64,000 nt of DNA from Promethearchaeia archaeon (GCA_046483985.1 JAWOCD010000006.1:1-64000); one strand, 5' to 3'; positions 10,187 through 21,501 are shown, counted from the first letter of the stretch. Made by a program: numbers and translations. Notes: a model not told the origin generated them from the letters alone.

Positions 10187-12589
10187 TTAGAAATTATCAT
10201 CATTCCTTAAAGAGATGAAAACATTTTTCATCGCCGTTTTAGCAAATTCAAGTGTGATGATTAAAAGGTTATTTTGATATACGAAATTCTCTCCACATAA
10301 TGTTTTACCATCTACCGAAATATCAGAGGGGTCGTGAACGGAATAAATAAGTATTTCTGAGACTTCCCCTTCAATATTTTCTAAATGAAGTTTAAGTGAA
10401 GAATCATCATAAGAGAGATGAGTAAACTCTTTAGAACTCATTGTGACATATTTACTCCTATCCCCAATAAGCGCTGTTCCATTAGGGAGTATAGGTGCAT
10501 AGACACAGTATTGATAATCTAAATTTGCTTTATCATACGGAATTGGTTCATCGTCAGCCCTGACCGTGACTGTTTGTTCTAACCAATCGTATTCTATAAA
10601 ATTGCCATGAACATCTATCTCCTTTAAAGTATAATCTGAACGAATCTCTTCGGCCCATAATGAGAAGTTTACAACATAATACCAAGTCAAATCGTTTAGG
10701 TTTGACTCAGTATAAGCAACATAACAGGTTTCATGAGGGATAAACATCAAATCAGGCGCTCTAATTGGATAATCGGGTTTATAAATTAAGCCATCCTTTC
10801 GTGTAATCTTGCGGATAATATCGTTATCTACTTCCCCAATCGGATCTCCAACTGCTACGGGACCTCCCCCTAAGGTAGACATAATCGCCCGTAATTCCGG
10901 GTAAGGCTCTTCTGCATATTCAGCATTATGTTTTCCAGAGAAAAATACATCCAAAAAAGGCCATAATCCTAACGCATTAAGAAAAATACTATTTTGTGTA
11001 AAATCGGGATAATAGAGTTTCCAATTCTTCCAGCTTTGGTAATCTTCCGTATTTCTTACGTTTATCACATTGGGTAAATAAATCGCTTCCATTACTTGCG
11101 CCGGAGTGGCCATACAATATTGAATTTTGATATTATGTGCCTTGGCTGCATCGTGCATATCTTCCAACCATCGACTATGAGCTCCGAGTTCCGCCTTAAG
11201 GTGAGTAAAATGAGCAAATTGATTTTGCATCCAGTCTTGTTCATAAATAATAATATTATACTTCTCTGCAATATCCATTATGTGCTCCCAAAAACTTAAG
11301 GTGGTCGGTATTGCCCATCCATCCTCGATTATCATCTCAAATTTATCCTTATATGGCGTTTTCTCATTGAACCATCGACTATGAGCGGTCAATGGTTTGT
11401 TATGCAATTTTTTAGATAATTTTTCAAGTGGCTTCGACCATACATTAGCATCTGGTTCCCATCGTAGACAGCCTCCGGGGGTAGTACCGTCCTTCTTTCG
11501 CTCCCTTAGAAAAGTATTAAGGCTTACCTTTTCATACCACCACGAATCCAAATGATAATAGGCGAACGGTATAAGTTCTTTTTCTGAATAATACTTTTCT
11601 ATTTGAATTAAAGTTTCATCATATGTCCCGCCATCCAGAGGAAAATAGTAATAATAAGCTCCATTATCAGTGAAGTATCCTAAATGGCTGTTCATAAGAT
11701 CCTTGTATGGATTTATGGATTTATGTTCTATCCTATGGAATTCATGGAGAAGATTTCCCCATGTTTTAAAACATTTATTAATTCCATGTTCAAAGACAAA
11801 CAAATAACTATAAGAATATTCAGGTGAGATTTCATTTATTAGTCCATTCGGGCCCGTTTCAAAGACTGCATCTTGATAAGAAAGCGCATTTTCCCTTGAT
11901 GCAGTAATTATATTAGTGGCAAAATCGTTACACGCCGAAAAAATAACGGCATTTTTCTCATCATCGTATAAACAGACAGGCGCACTTACATAAGAAGGCA
12001 TTCGTTTGGTGGGAGGACAAAAAGTTTCATCCTTAAATGATAATAACCTGGAATTAAGACTTTCATTATTGAACATGGGAAACTTAATAATTTGGTTGGT
12101 AAAATCATCCCTAGCACATTTTTCCAAGCCTTTAGGAAGATTAACCTGAAAGAGGCAATAATTTTTGTTTGAAAAGGTAAGTATTCGAGTATCAATAAGA
12201 AAAGAAGTTTCTGGGATTTGCCAAGAAAATACAGTAGCCTCTGCTTTCCCTAAGGGTGTGTGAATCTGCGGAGTAGATACACCCATTAAGAGGAGTCTTT
12301 TACTCTCATCGAGATGATCGGGTCGAAATTTTGTTCCATCATAAAATACTTCTAAATTTCCATTGGTCAATGCTCGATGTTTCCCAAATTCTATCTTGTA
12401 GTCAAAATTATGCTCTGCAATTTTTACGGAAACTTCATTATTTTGCGGAAAATCGCTAGGGTCTAACTCAGATTTAATGTTATCTTGCAAATGACAAGAA
12501 GCATCTTCATATGTTCTTAATAGATACCAATTGATAATTCTCTCAATAATTCTCTTGAGTACAGAAACCATATCTTGTGAAATCTCCAA
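10187..12589 (-). CDS. Putative glycoside hydrolase, clan GH-D-like (GH27/31/36) TIM barrel
   Basis: YFTDNGAYYYY, YYHLDSWWY, YEQDW and GGPVAVGD resemble clan-D motifs (xDxxW; GGPVxVxD of GH36 raffinose synthases). Confidence 0.55.
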   Translation of the reverse strand: MEISQDMVSVLKRIIERIINWYLLRTYEDASCHLQDNIKSELDPSDFPQNNEVSVKIAEHNFDYKIEFGKHRALTNGNLEVFYDGTKFRPDHLDESKRLLLMGVSTPQIHTPLGKAEATVFSWQIPETSFLIDTRILTFSNKNYCLFQVNLPKGLEKCARDDFTNQIIKFPMFNNESLNSRLLSFKDETFCPPTKRMPSYVSAPVCLYDDEKNAVIFSACNDFATNIITASRENALSYQDAVFETGPNGLINEISPEYSYSYLFVFEHGINKCFKTWGNLLHEFHRIEHKSINPYKDLMNSHLGYFTDNGAYYYYFPLDGGTYDETLIQIEKYYSEKELIPFAYYHLDSWWYEKVSLNTFLRERKKDGTTPGGCLRWEPDANVWSKPLEKLSKKLHNKPLTAHSRWFNEKTPYKDKFEMIIEDGWAIPTTLSFWEHIMDIAEKYNIIIYEQDWMQNQFAHFTHLKAELGAHSRWLEDMHDAAKAHNIKIQYCMATPAQVMEAIYLPNVINVRNTEDYQSWKNWKLYYPDFTQNSIFLNALGLWPFLDVFFSGKHNAEYAEEPYPELRAIMSTLGGGPVAVGDPIGEVDNDIIRKITRKDGLIYKPDYPIRAPDLMFIPHETCYVAYTESNLNDLTWYYVVNFSLWAEEIRSDYTLKEIDVHGNFIEYDWLEQTVTVRADDEPIPYDKANLDYQYCVYAPILPNGTALIGDRSKYVTMSSKEFTHLSYDDSSLKLHLENIEGEVSEILIYSVHDPSDISVDGKTLCGENFVYQNNLLIITLEFAKTAMKNVFISLRNDDNF

Positions 12590-12633
12590 AATTAAAAAAG
12601 ATTTTTACTTAGTGGAACTTGAGTTTTTATTGT

Positions 12634-13572
12634 CTAAGCTGATTGGGTCTTGAGATTATATAACTTTCCAGCTAATTCTTTTATATACTCCAAATTCTCA
12701 AGCTTTTGAATCCATTCTTCTGGAATTGCATCCACACCGAGATAAGCTCCCAATAAACCACACACCATTGCACCGACTGTATCGCGATCTTCGCTGACAA
12801 GTGCGGTATTTATTAAACAATCCTTAAAAGAATCGGGTTCATTCAGAAAAGAATAAATAGTAAATGGAACAGACTTGAACGATAGTACATTTGAACCTAA
12901 TGTTCTCGCACAATATCCTAAATCCTTCTCTTGGCCGAATAAATTCTTTGCGGTCTTCAGACGATTTTCATATTCGTCCGTCTTAGCAAACGCGATAAGT
13001 GTATCAATAATTTCATCTCGGTCGTCTTGTATACTGGACGATGTTGGATCACGTTTAACCACCAAACTTATGGCTTTTGCAAGAAGAGCAGCTCCATCAA
13101 TTCCTAAAGGATTGGTATGGGTTGGAATAGCAGATAATTTCACTTTCTCATAAATATCCGGCGTGTCATAATAAAATAGGGCAAGCGGGGTAATTCGCAT
13201 TGATGCGCCATTTCCATAGGACCCCGAGCCATTAAATAAAGATTTTGCAACTTCTGTGTAAGATTTTCCGGTCTGTTCTACGGTTTTAAATATGGTGGGT
13301 GGACCCCTTCCGTAACCGCGTCGGGGCTCTTTATTATAATTCCGATGAAAGATTTTTCCCAATTGATTAGGTTTGATTGATCCGCCGTTTTCTACGATTG
13401 CCTCTGCCAATCCAATAGCCATTGCGGTATCGTCCGTGTAAGAAACAACCGATCTGGAATTTACCCTGGCTAACAATTCCTCCTTATCGCTGCAAAAAAA
13501 GGCAATTTCTCCGATTGCATCGCCTAACGCACATCCAATAAATCCTCCTAAAAATTTGGACCTAACATTCAT
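12634..13572 (-). CDS. ADP-ribosylglycohydrolase (DraG/ARH family)
   Basis: GDAIG, YTDDT, GNGASMR and DRDT motifs. Start moved to the in-frame ATG at 13572 (MNVRSKFLG). Confidence 0.92.
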   Translation of the reverse strand: MNVRSKFLGGFIGCALGDAIGEIAFFCSDKEELLARVNSRSVVSYTDDTAMAIGLAEAIVENGGSIKPNQLGKIFHRNYNKEPRRGYGRGPPTIFKTVEQTGKSYTEVAKSLFNGSGSYGNGASMRITPLALFYYDTPDIYEKVKLSAIPTHTNPLGIDGAALLAKAISLVVKRDPTSSSIQDDRDEIIDTLIAFAKTDEYENRLKTAKNLFGQEKDLGYCARTLGSNVLSFKSVPFTIYSFLNEPDSFKDCLINTALVSEDRDTVGAMVCGLLGAYLGVDAIPEEWIQKLENLEYIKELAGKLYNLKTQSA

Positions 13573-13629
13573 CTCATATAAGAGTGAGAAGCATTTGAAT
13601 TTAAATTTAACAATTTTAAAAATATAAAA

Positions 13630-14691
13630 ATGTTTAATCATTGGAAACTTCGCGTTAGATTTAAATATTCTTGCATAATTACTTTTCTAAGGTGTATACG
13701 GATTACCAACCTAAAAAAGAAAATCAGCACCATCATCCTTTTGGTATTTCTCACAATTATTTTTATCACTTATTTTTCAATCAAAAAGTCCATTCCCATT
13801 AATGAATTAGATAATAGAACGGATTTTTCTTTGGTTAGAACAATTAGCATAGTGGGAATCAATTTTGGATTCTTAATTTTGATGTTTCTAATCGATATTC
13901 ATTACTATAAGAGAGTATTAATAATTGTCATAGTAATCGGAATTTTAGTATATGTTCTAAAGATTTCAGGAAGTTATGTGCGCGTTTTTTCTTTAAATGA
14001 AGATATCCTTGAATTTATAGTATTTCTTACCTATGCAATCGTGCCCCCAGGAATTATTTGTAATACCCTTTATTATATAAGAAGATTTAGTAATGAGTAT
14101 ATTGATAAAACCTATGGGGAAAGATGGCATATACATGAATCTTTTCTCGGAATTCTTCTCATAAGTGGAGGTATGTCTTTAATTATATCTAATCATTATA
14201 TGAATTCATTCCAGATTTTCCATAAACAGCTTAATTTTGTTCTTTCGATAACAAGCGTTTTTCCTTACTTTTTTTTATTCTTTGGAGGCTTTTTGCTCGC
14301 TCGTGATTGGAATGATTTTATTCACCTACAATTTGTTGAAAAAAATGGCGGCGCTGAACAGACAGAAAATGAAAAGACCTACACCTCTGAAGTATTTAGC
14401 ACAATCAGCATAGAAGACATAGAATTTTTCGAGCGAACAAAACATCAAATATACCCGCTCGGACTCATTCTTACCACCCTTTCCTTAAGTTTTGTCACTT
14501 ATAGTGATTCCTTTTTACCATCCGAAATTTTTTTTATCACGGCGAGGATGATGAAGATCATCGGATATGTAATCGGGTTTACTTCAGGAGCCATCCTAGG
14601 GAAAGATTGGGTGAGATTATTCGGTAAGTTCTATCCTCAAGTTAGAAAGAATTTAGATAAGATTATAAAAAAGTTAAAAAAAAGAAATTAA
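13630..14691 (+). CDS. Hypothetical multi-pass membrane protein (start uncertain)
   Basis: Long ORF with several hydrophobic segments, an HIHE motif and repeated GxxLxxDW motifs. Confidence 0.7.
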   Translation: MFNHWKLRVRFKYSCIITFLRCIRITNLKKKISTIILLVFLTIIFITYFSIKKSIPINELDNRTDFSLVRTISIVGINFGFLILMFLIDIHYYKRVLIIVIVIGILVYVLKISGSYVRVFSLNEDILEFIVFLTYAIVPPGIICNTLYYIRRFSNEYIDKTYGERWHIHESFLGILLISGGMSLIISNHYMNSFQIFHKQLNFVLSITSVFPYFFLFFGGFLLARDWNDFIHLQFVEKNGGAEQTENEKTYTSEVFSTISIEDIEFFERTKHQIYPLGLILTTLSLSFVTYSDSFLPSEIFFITARMMKIIGYVIGFTSGAILGKDWVRLFGKFYPQVRKNLDKIIKKLKKRN

Positions 14692-14693
14692 AA

Positions 14694-17177
14694 TTAGCCT
14701 TGTAACTTCTTTTCTCTCTCTTTTGAATTTTTAAGATTCGAAGGCAAATTTTCCATTATAAATTTCGCGTAGGTCAGGGATTGAAAGACAATCCATGTTA
14801 TCGCAAAAAGGAGCATTCCGTTATTAAGGAATAGATCCAACCAGAAATTTCCAAACACCGAACCCATTGGATTTTCCAAATATTTGATATTTCCCATAAA
14901 GGTGGCACTTCTGCTGTATTTGAGATTTAATTTATCCCAATCATTAATTTTTTCTGCGATTATATCAAGCACTTCGACTCCATCGTATTGTTCCTCATAC
15001 AGTTCAAGCATGGCATCCAATTTAAATATGATGACTTCAGAAATCCCCAGAGCATCACAAATTCGGAGATCCCAAATTAATTGATCCAAACCATCTTTCT
15101 CATTCGCATATAATCCCCTGTCCGAAGATGTAACACCGATGCTCACGGATAATTTATCATCATATTTACCATGGTATATCTCGGAAACTGTCTCTTGGAG
15201 TTCGGTCACCCAGACATACGTAAAATACGGGCTTTCTTCCTCATAACTGGTGGCCGATTCTGTTCGGTATATCATCCAGTTCCATGAATCCCAATCATGG
15301 GGCGGGAAAGAATGGATTTGGTGAAAGATTGACATGTCCATATCGCCATCTCTCTGATCATTTATGGTAGTATGCATGGCGGTAAAATGTTGTGAAAAGT
15401 TGTGCTGATGAACATAATCAATTAATTCCTCATATTCCGTTCGCTTTTGAACATTTTTCGTCCTATTAAACTCATATAGACTCCCCCCATCTTCAATATC
15501 CTCAATAAATCCATCAACCGGACACTTATTCCAACTTTCATTCACTTTTTGATCTTCAATCCATTGAATCCATCCATAATTATCCCCTGTAGGCCTCACT
15601 TTTATCCCTCGTTCATAATACCATTCCATGCGCGTCGTATTATTAGACGGAGCATAACCTCCATAAATATTCATATCATACTCTTCCAGTTTGTCGAGTG
15701 TGGCATTATCATGATCATCCCATCCCTGGTCCCATTCCCAGAATGAAATTTGAGGGGAAAAATCCTTGTTATTTTCTAATGTAATTGAACCTCCAAAACC
15801 ATTATAAGCAATAAAAGAAAACACAATGGAAACTGCTAAGATGCCTATAAAAATTTTGCTTGAAAGGCTAAAGTGAAAGATATTAAAATATTCTTTCAGC
15901 GATTTTTTACTATTAGTCGAAACGGGTAAGAGATTCTTCTTTAAGCCAATCAGGGAAGTCATACTGGTAAAGAACAAAAGAAAAAGGACCAGATATTGTC
16001 CCGGCTTGAAAAGGAACCCTGGGGCAATAGTAAGATAATGGACTTTTCCCGTAAAAAATATTGAAAACATATAGTTATTAAGTAAATCGGTGTATGAAAA
16101 GATCGCAAGAGTGAAATAAAAAAAGCTAATTAGAGAGATAATTAGGAAACATTTTTTGAGAATCCATTGCCATATGGGCTTTTTAGCGTTTAAAAGCGCA
16201 AATATCGGGAAGATCAATACCAGAATTCCCAAGAGAAAATAAAATCCCCAATCATACCACGGATTTCCTACACCATAGTTAAAGGTTGAGCCGAACCATA
16301 AAACGCCGAAGAAGAGCAAACTGAAGAGGATCGATATTTGAATAATTCTCTGAAAGTACTTCTGTTTTCGTTTATTGGCCCGTTCTTCCTTACGAAGGTC
16401 TGCATAATTACTTTTAAATGGGATCTCGAAGACTTTTTCAGAGTAGATTTGGAGTAAAGCATAACAATAAAAAATAGTAAGAATCCCATGGATTAATAAC
16501 CCTATGAGAAGTGGAGCAAAATAAGAGATTAAAAATTGGAGGCTCCAAGCAATTCCAAACGTTTTGAGAATTACGGGTCTTGAGCCACTTTCTTTATTTT
16601 CTTTATAGGATCCATAATGGGAGAGCAATCTTCCCATATAAAAATTGGTGAACACCATGCCTAGCATAAAAAATGTTCCGAAGAGGATTACCCAAACAGC
16701 GGCATAGATAAGATGCGTATCAAGGAGCACTTTTGCCTTATCTTCCCCTAGATTAAAAATCTCTTGGTATGATTGACGTGCAGAATCTGCACTGTATATG
16801 TATTGATTAGCGATTATATCAAATCGGGTTTGAATAAATAGGAAGAAGGTGGCGACGATGAGGATGCCAAAAATGAAGCCAATTCCAGAAGTTTTCTTAG
16901 CTTTCATTATCGTTTCATTATTTTCTCTTTCTGGATTTTGTTCCATATAGAGGCAAATCCGATTAATACAGAAAAAAGAAATGGTTTGTGTTAACAAAAT
17001 AATAAAAACGATTACAGCCGAATCGGAAACGGTTGCTTGAAAACTTTCAGTAATTTTCATTCCTTGAAACTCCGGGATAAATAAAGCCACTAATAAGGAA
17101 AGTATATACGCCGCAGCAGTTAAAAAAATTAAGAGTAATATCAAACATTTAATTGCTTTTTGTTTATTCTCGATCAT
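14694..17177 (-). CDS. Large membrane protein with a soluble, possibly glycoside-hydrolase-like domain
   Basis: About 10 N-terminal TM segments, an acidic ~320-aa soluble domain (VDGFIEDIE, WMIYRT) and a C-terminal TM helix. Confidence 0.65.
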   Translation of the reverse strand: MIENKQKAIKCLILLLIFLTAAAYILSLLVALFIPEFQGMKITESFQATVSDSAVIVFIILLTQTISFFCINRICLYMEQNPERENNETIMKAKKTSGIGFIFGILIVATFFLFIQTRFDIIANQYIYSADSARQSYQEIFNLGEDKAKVLLDTHLIYAAVWVILFGTFFMLGMVFTNFYMGRLLSHYGSYKENKESGSRPVILKTFGIAWSLQFLISYFAPLLIGLLIHGILTIFYCYALLQIYSEKVFEIPFKSNYADLRKEERANKRKQKYFQRIIQISILFSLLFFGVLWFGSTFNYGVGNPWYDWGFYFLLGILVLIFPIFALLNAKKPIWQWILKKCFLIISLISFFYFTLAIFSYTDLLNNYMFSIFFTGKVHYLTIAPGFLFKPGQYLVLFLLFFTSMTSLIGLKKNLLPVSTNSKKSLKEYFNIFHFSLSSKIFIGILAVSIVFSFIAYNGFGGSITLENNKDFSPQISFWEWDQGWDDHDNATLDKLEEYDMNIYGGYAPSNNTTRMEWYYERGIKVRPTGDNYGWIQWIEDQKVNESWNKCPVDGFIEDIEDGGSLYEFNRTKNVQKRTEYEELIDYVHQHNFSQHFTAMHTTINDQRDGDMDMSIFHQIHSFPPHDWDSWNWMIYRTESATSYEEESPYFTYVWVTELQETVSEIYHGKYDDKLSVSIGVTSSDRGLYANEKDGLDQLIWDLRICDALGISEVIIFKLDAMLELYEEQYDGVEVLDIIAEKINDWDKLNLKYSRSATFMGNIKYLENPMGSVFGNFWLDLFLNNGMLLFAITWIVFQSLTYAKFIMENLPSNLKNSKEREKKLQG

Positions 17178-17412
17178 TATTCTTCCACATTTTTAGAAAT
17201 TGATAAATTCAATGTTATATACAAATTTGTGCTACGTTTATTTAATTCTATGTTTTCTGATATGGAGCAATACTTCCTTGAAATGAATTCTGCATACTTT
17301 TTAAAAACTCAGAATTAAAATCTATAAAATAAATATTAATTAATTATATCATATTAATTCCGATAATAAGAAAAAATAACAATAATTCTAACGAGAATTA
17401 TCCTTATTTTAA

Positions 17413-18522
17413 GTGAAAATAGGAACGTGCCTAAAGATGAGAAAGGAAAATGAAATTTTGAAAACCATGATCAATAATACTCCTATTTTAATGGCATATC
17501 TTGATGAGGATTTTAATTTTATTCGAGTTAATAGGGCTTACGCCGAAGCAGACGAGAAAAAAATCAGCTTCTTTCCAGGCAAGAATCATTTTGATCTGTA
17601 TCCCAATGAGGAAAATGAAAAAATATTCCAAAAAGTGGTGAACAGGGGGGAAGCTTTTTTTATAAGAGGGAAGCCGTTTATGTATCCTGAGAATCCGGAA
17701 CGAGGTGTGACATACTGGGATTGGAGTTTAATTCCGGTAAAGGATTCTAAAAAGGAAGGAAAGGGTTTAGTTTTTACTCTAAACGATGTCACAAAAAGGG
17801 AGATAGCACGGCAAAAATTGAAGCAATCAAATAAAGACCTTAATTTCTATAAGGATCTACTGGCTCATGATATGCGCAATATTCTTATGGTTATTCAGTC
17901 TTCCACAGAATTATTAAAAATGGGGCAACAAAAGTCTAATTTCTCCATTAATATAGCTGACTTATTGGAAAAAATTAAGGAGCAAGTGGAACACGGGGTC
18001 TCCTTAATTTCGAATGTTCAAAAACTTTCATATGCCGAAAGAAAAAATAGGGAAATTAAAACGGTTAAGCTTCAACCAATCGTAAATGAAGCGGTCTCGT
18101 ATATAAGGAATCGATTCAAAGAGAAAAACACCGTAATAAAAAAAGATTTTCCTACCAATCCCATAAGGGTCAAGGGGGGAAAATTGTTACTCGATGCTTT
18201 CGAAAATATCTTAATAAATGGAGTTACTCATAATAACCGCGATAATATAAAACTCTGGATTGCTATATCACAAGTTAAGGTCGACGGAAAAGATTTTGTT
18301 AAGATTGAGTTTAAAGATAATGCAGGCGGCATACCGGATGAGGACAAAGAGAAGATATTTAAGCGAAGCGTTAAATCGACAAATTCTAACGGGATGGGGA
18401 TTGGTCTAACACTTGTAAAAGAGATTATTGAAGGGTACGATGGTCGAGTATGGGTTGAAAATCGGATACCAGATGATCAGCCCAAAGGAAGTAATTTTAT
18501 CCTTTTATTACAAGCAGCATAG
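17413..18522 (+). CDS. PAS-domain sensor histidine kinase
   Basis: PAS fold, H-box LAHDMRN, N-box ENILING, G1 DNAGGIP, G2 GMGIGL. Confidence 0.93.
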   Translation: MKIGTCLKMRKENEILKTMINNTPILMAYLDEDFNFIRVNRAYAEADEKKISFFPGKNHFDLYPNEENEKIFQKVVNRGEAFFIRGKPFMYPENPERGVTYWDWSLIPVKDSKKEGKGLVFTLNDVTKREIARQKLKQSNKDLNFYKDLLAHDMRNILMVIQSSTELLKMGQQKSNFSINIADLLEKIKEQVEHGVSLISNVQKLSYAERKNREIKTVKLQPIVNEAVSYIRNRFKEKNTVIKKDFPTNPIRVKGGKLLLDAFENILINGVTHNNRDNIKLWIAISQVKVDGKDFVKIEFKDNAGGIPDEDKEKIFKRSVKSTNSNGMGIGLTLVKEIIEGYDGRVWVENRIPDDQPKGSNFILLLQAA

Positions 18523-18570
18523 AAATCTTCTAATAAAATTGTTAAATTATGTATCCTTTTTACTAATGGT

Positions 18571-20268
18571 ATGCCAAAAAAATTTGAATGGTGGGAAAAG
18601 ACTGTCGTCTATCAGATATATCCGCGCTCATTTATGGATACGACTGGGACGGGAATCGGCGATCTCCGAGGAATTATTAAAAAATTAGATTATTTAGACG
18701 ATCTAGGGATTGAAACCATCTGGTTTAGTCCTTTTTATCCCTCACCGACCTATAAGCCTTACAGCAAGCATGATTGCGGGTATGACATCATGAACTATAA
18801 AGAAGTTCACCCTCTTTTCGGCACCATGGAAATATTCGATGAAATGGTTGACGAGATTCACGCACGAGATATGAAAATTGTTATGGATATGGTTTTGAAT
18901 CACACCTCGATCGAACATCCATGGTTTGTCGAATCACGGAAAAGTAAAGACAATCCTAAGCGAGACTGGTATATTTGGCGAGATGGGCAAAAATCCAATG
19001 GAAAGAAGCCACCTAATAATTGGGTTGGAATGACCGGTAAGTGCTGGGAATATGATAAGTTAACCGACCAGTGGTATTATCATGCATTCTTGCCTTTCCA
19101 ACCGGATTTGAATTACAGAAACCCGGACGTAAGGAAAGAAATGCTGGACACTGTCCGATTCTGGCTTGAAAAAGGAGTAGACGGCTATCGATTAGATATT
19201 ATCAATACGCTTTTTGAAGACGAAGAATTTCGTGATGCGCCATTTACCTTTAAATTGTATTCGAAGGATCTGGATTTGTTATTCAAAAGTGGAGAACGAA
19301 ACTTTAATCATCCCGACACCGTGAAATTTTGTAAAACCTTACGGAAAACAATTGACGAATTCCCAGAGAAAAAATTTCTGGTTGGCGAAGTATCAGCCTC
19401 CTACAAGACACTTAAGAAATATCTTGGCGAAAAAAGAGAGAATGGGCATTCTCATGACGGATTAAACTTAGTTTTTCTCTTTGATTCGGTGACCACCTCA
19501 CTACAAGCAAAAAAGTTCCGAAAATTAATAAAAACATATGAGAAATGGTTTCCGTATCCATATACACCAACGTGGGTGTTTGGAAATCACGATCAAATGA
19601 GACGGATTTCGCGGTTGGATAATGATCTTGGTAAAGCAAAATTAAATGCAACTCTTCAATTAACCGCACGTGGGGTTCCTTTTATTTATTACGGCGAAGA
19701 AATAGGTATGAAAAATGCGAAGATTCCTAAAGACGAGAGTAAAGATGCTGTTTCGCACCATGTTGATTGGATCCCCCAGTTTATACGAAATCTCGCTAAT
19801 AAATTTGGAGTAATGATTAACCGCGATGGTTGCCGGACCCCAATGCAGTGGGACGATTCAGAAAATGCAGGATTTTGTTCTCCCGATGTTGAGCCATGGT
19901 TGCCAGTAAATGAAAGTCATGATAAACGGAATGTGAAAAGTGAACAAAAGGATGTAGGTTCATTACTCAATTGCTATAAAAGGTTACTGAAGTTGCGAAA
20001 GGAACATGAAGTATTACAAGTAGGGAAGATTGAACTCATTAACCTCGGATGGATCACCAACAGAAAATGTCTTGCCTATAAAAGAAAATTAGATTCCGAT
20101 GTTTTCTATGTTTATTTGAATTTCACAGACACCTCATTAAAGATTGATATTCCGAGACAAGAGGCTGAATTTTTATTCTCTACGCTCCCGAACCGCGTTG
20201 ATATCGAGTTAGAGGCATACGAAAATCGATTAGGTCTTTTTGAGTATGAAGGGATAATTTTTCGCTGA
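18571..20268 (+). CDS. Alpha-glucosidase / oligo-1,6-glucosidase (GH13)
   Basis: YQIYPRSF, DMVLNHTS, QPDLN, DGYRLD, VGE, NHDQ, GVPFIYYGEEIG, RDGCRTPMQW. Confidence 0.95.
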   Translation: MPKKFEWWEKTVVYQIYPRSFMDTTGTGIGDLRGIIKKLDYLDDLGIETIWFSPFYPSPTYKPYSKHDCGYDIMNYKEVHPLFGTMEIFDEMVDEIHARDMKIVMDMVLNHTSIEHPWFVESRKSKDNPKRDWYIWRDGQKSNGKKPPNNWVGMTGKCWEYDKLTDQWYYHAFLPFQPDLNYRNPDVRKEMLDTVRFWLEKGVDGYRLDIINTLFEDEEFRDAPFTFKLYSKDLDLLFKSGERNFNHPDTVKFCKTLRKTIDEFPEKKFLVGEVSASYKTLKKYLGEKRENGHSHDGLNLVFLFDSVTTSLQAKKFRKLIKTYEKWFPYPYTPTWVFGNHDQMRRISRLDNDLGKAKLNATLQLTARGVPFIYYGEEIGMKNAKIPKDESKDAVSHHVDWIPQFIRNLANKFGVMINRDGCRTPMQWDDSENAGFCSPDVEPWLPVNESHDKRNVKSEQKDVGSLLNCYKRLLKLRKEHEVLQVGKIELINLGWITNRKCLAYKRKLDSDVFYVYLNFTDTSLKIDIPRQEAEFLFSTLPNRVDIELEAYENRLGLFEYEGIIFR

Positions 20269-20382
20269 GCATTAAACGGATAATAAAATTTAGTGATGAA
20301 ATTTAAATAATTTTCCTAACAATCTTATATGAAATAAAATTTTAAGGTCTAAAAAAAAGAATATTTGTAGGATAAAGAAACA

Positions 20383-20721
20383 ATGGCGAATGTTTTAGTT
20401 AATGAAATTACTAAGTTTTTAGAGATCATCGCAGACCCCATTCGATTGGAAATAATCAGATTAATGAAGGATAAACCGATAAACGCTAAGGAAATAGAAG
20501 AAGAATTGGAAATAAGTCAATCCTACACCTCGCAACAGTTAAAAGCCCTGAAAGAGGCTCATTTGATTGATGTACGAAAAGAAGGAACCTTAAAACATTA
20601 TAGTATAAAAAATAAAAAGATTTTCAAGGTTTTATCTGGAATTCGTGATTTTGTAGTTGAAAAAGAAGAAAATAAATTCGCCGAGTTAAAAAAACTCGAT
20701 AAACTGAATGCCTTGTTTTAA
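20383..20721 (+). CDS. ArsR/SmtB family transcription regulator
   Basis: ADPIRLEII...ISQSYTSQQLKALKEAHLI winged-helix. Confidence 0.88.
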   Translation: MANVLVNEITKFLEIIADPIRLEIIRLMKDKPINAKEIEEELEISQSYTSQQLKALKEAHLIDVRKEGTLKHYSIKNKKIFKVLSGIRDFVVEKEENKFAELKKLDKLNALF

Positions 20722-20755
20722 AAAAATAAAATCACTGTTCCCTACCATTGAAAAT

Positions 20756-21235
20756 CTAAATAAATTTACATTTTTTCTGATCTAAATCCACAGGTAAGAT
20801 TAAATCATTAATGTAGTTTGTAATAAGATTCATTCGGACTAGATCCACATCTGGATCCTTTCTAAAATGGATTTCAATGACATCATTCAGTTCTTTGACA
20901 CTTGACCCAATTATAATTATTGAAAAATTATAGTCCCCAGTCAATCTAAAGCCATGAACCATAAAAGGACAGTTTCTAATTATCTTCTCGAACTTTTCTG
21001 GAGCATTCGTTCGGATTTCCACTTTTGCTAATTGGTCATCTGACTTAGTTACGTTAGTTCCTGCTTGGAATTGAAGGAGGCCAGAATCCTTAAGCCGCCT
21101 TATTCTCAATCCCACTGTAGGTTGACTGCGATCTACTTTCTTCGCGATAGTTGTATGTGTCATCTGGGGATTTTTTTGGACCAATTCAATTATTTTTTTA
21201 TCTACTTCATCTAAACTAAATTTTTTAGCTAACAT
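20756..21235 (-). CDS. Lrp/AsnC family transcription regulator
   Basis: LDEVDKKII HTH and LTGDYN. Paralog of 37391-37858. Confidence 0.9.
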   Translation of the reverse strand: MLAKKFSLDEVDKKIIELVQKNPQMTHTTIAKKVDRSQPTVGLRIRRLKDSGLLQFQAGTNVTKSDDQLAKVEIRTNAPEKFEKIIRNCPFMVHGFRLTGDYNFSIIIIGSSVKELNDVIEIHFRKDPDVDLVRMNLITNYINDLILPVDLDQKKCKFI

Positions 21236-21501
21236 TTTATATTCTCACTTCTTTTTTACTTTTAAATGGTGATCATGAATATTGGATTTGATAACTTAAA
21301 GAGATTAGATGTTTTTAATGAGAACTCTTTTTTTATAATTAAAAATTATCTATATAAATATTATGTTAATATAATATTTAAATATTATGGATTAGCAATA
21401 TTCTGATATTTAACCTAAATAATATATAAATTTTAGTCTTATATAGAATCAAGGGTTAAAATAAATTAGAATATGAAATTTGAATAAGTGTAAATGAAAA
21501 A

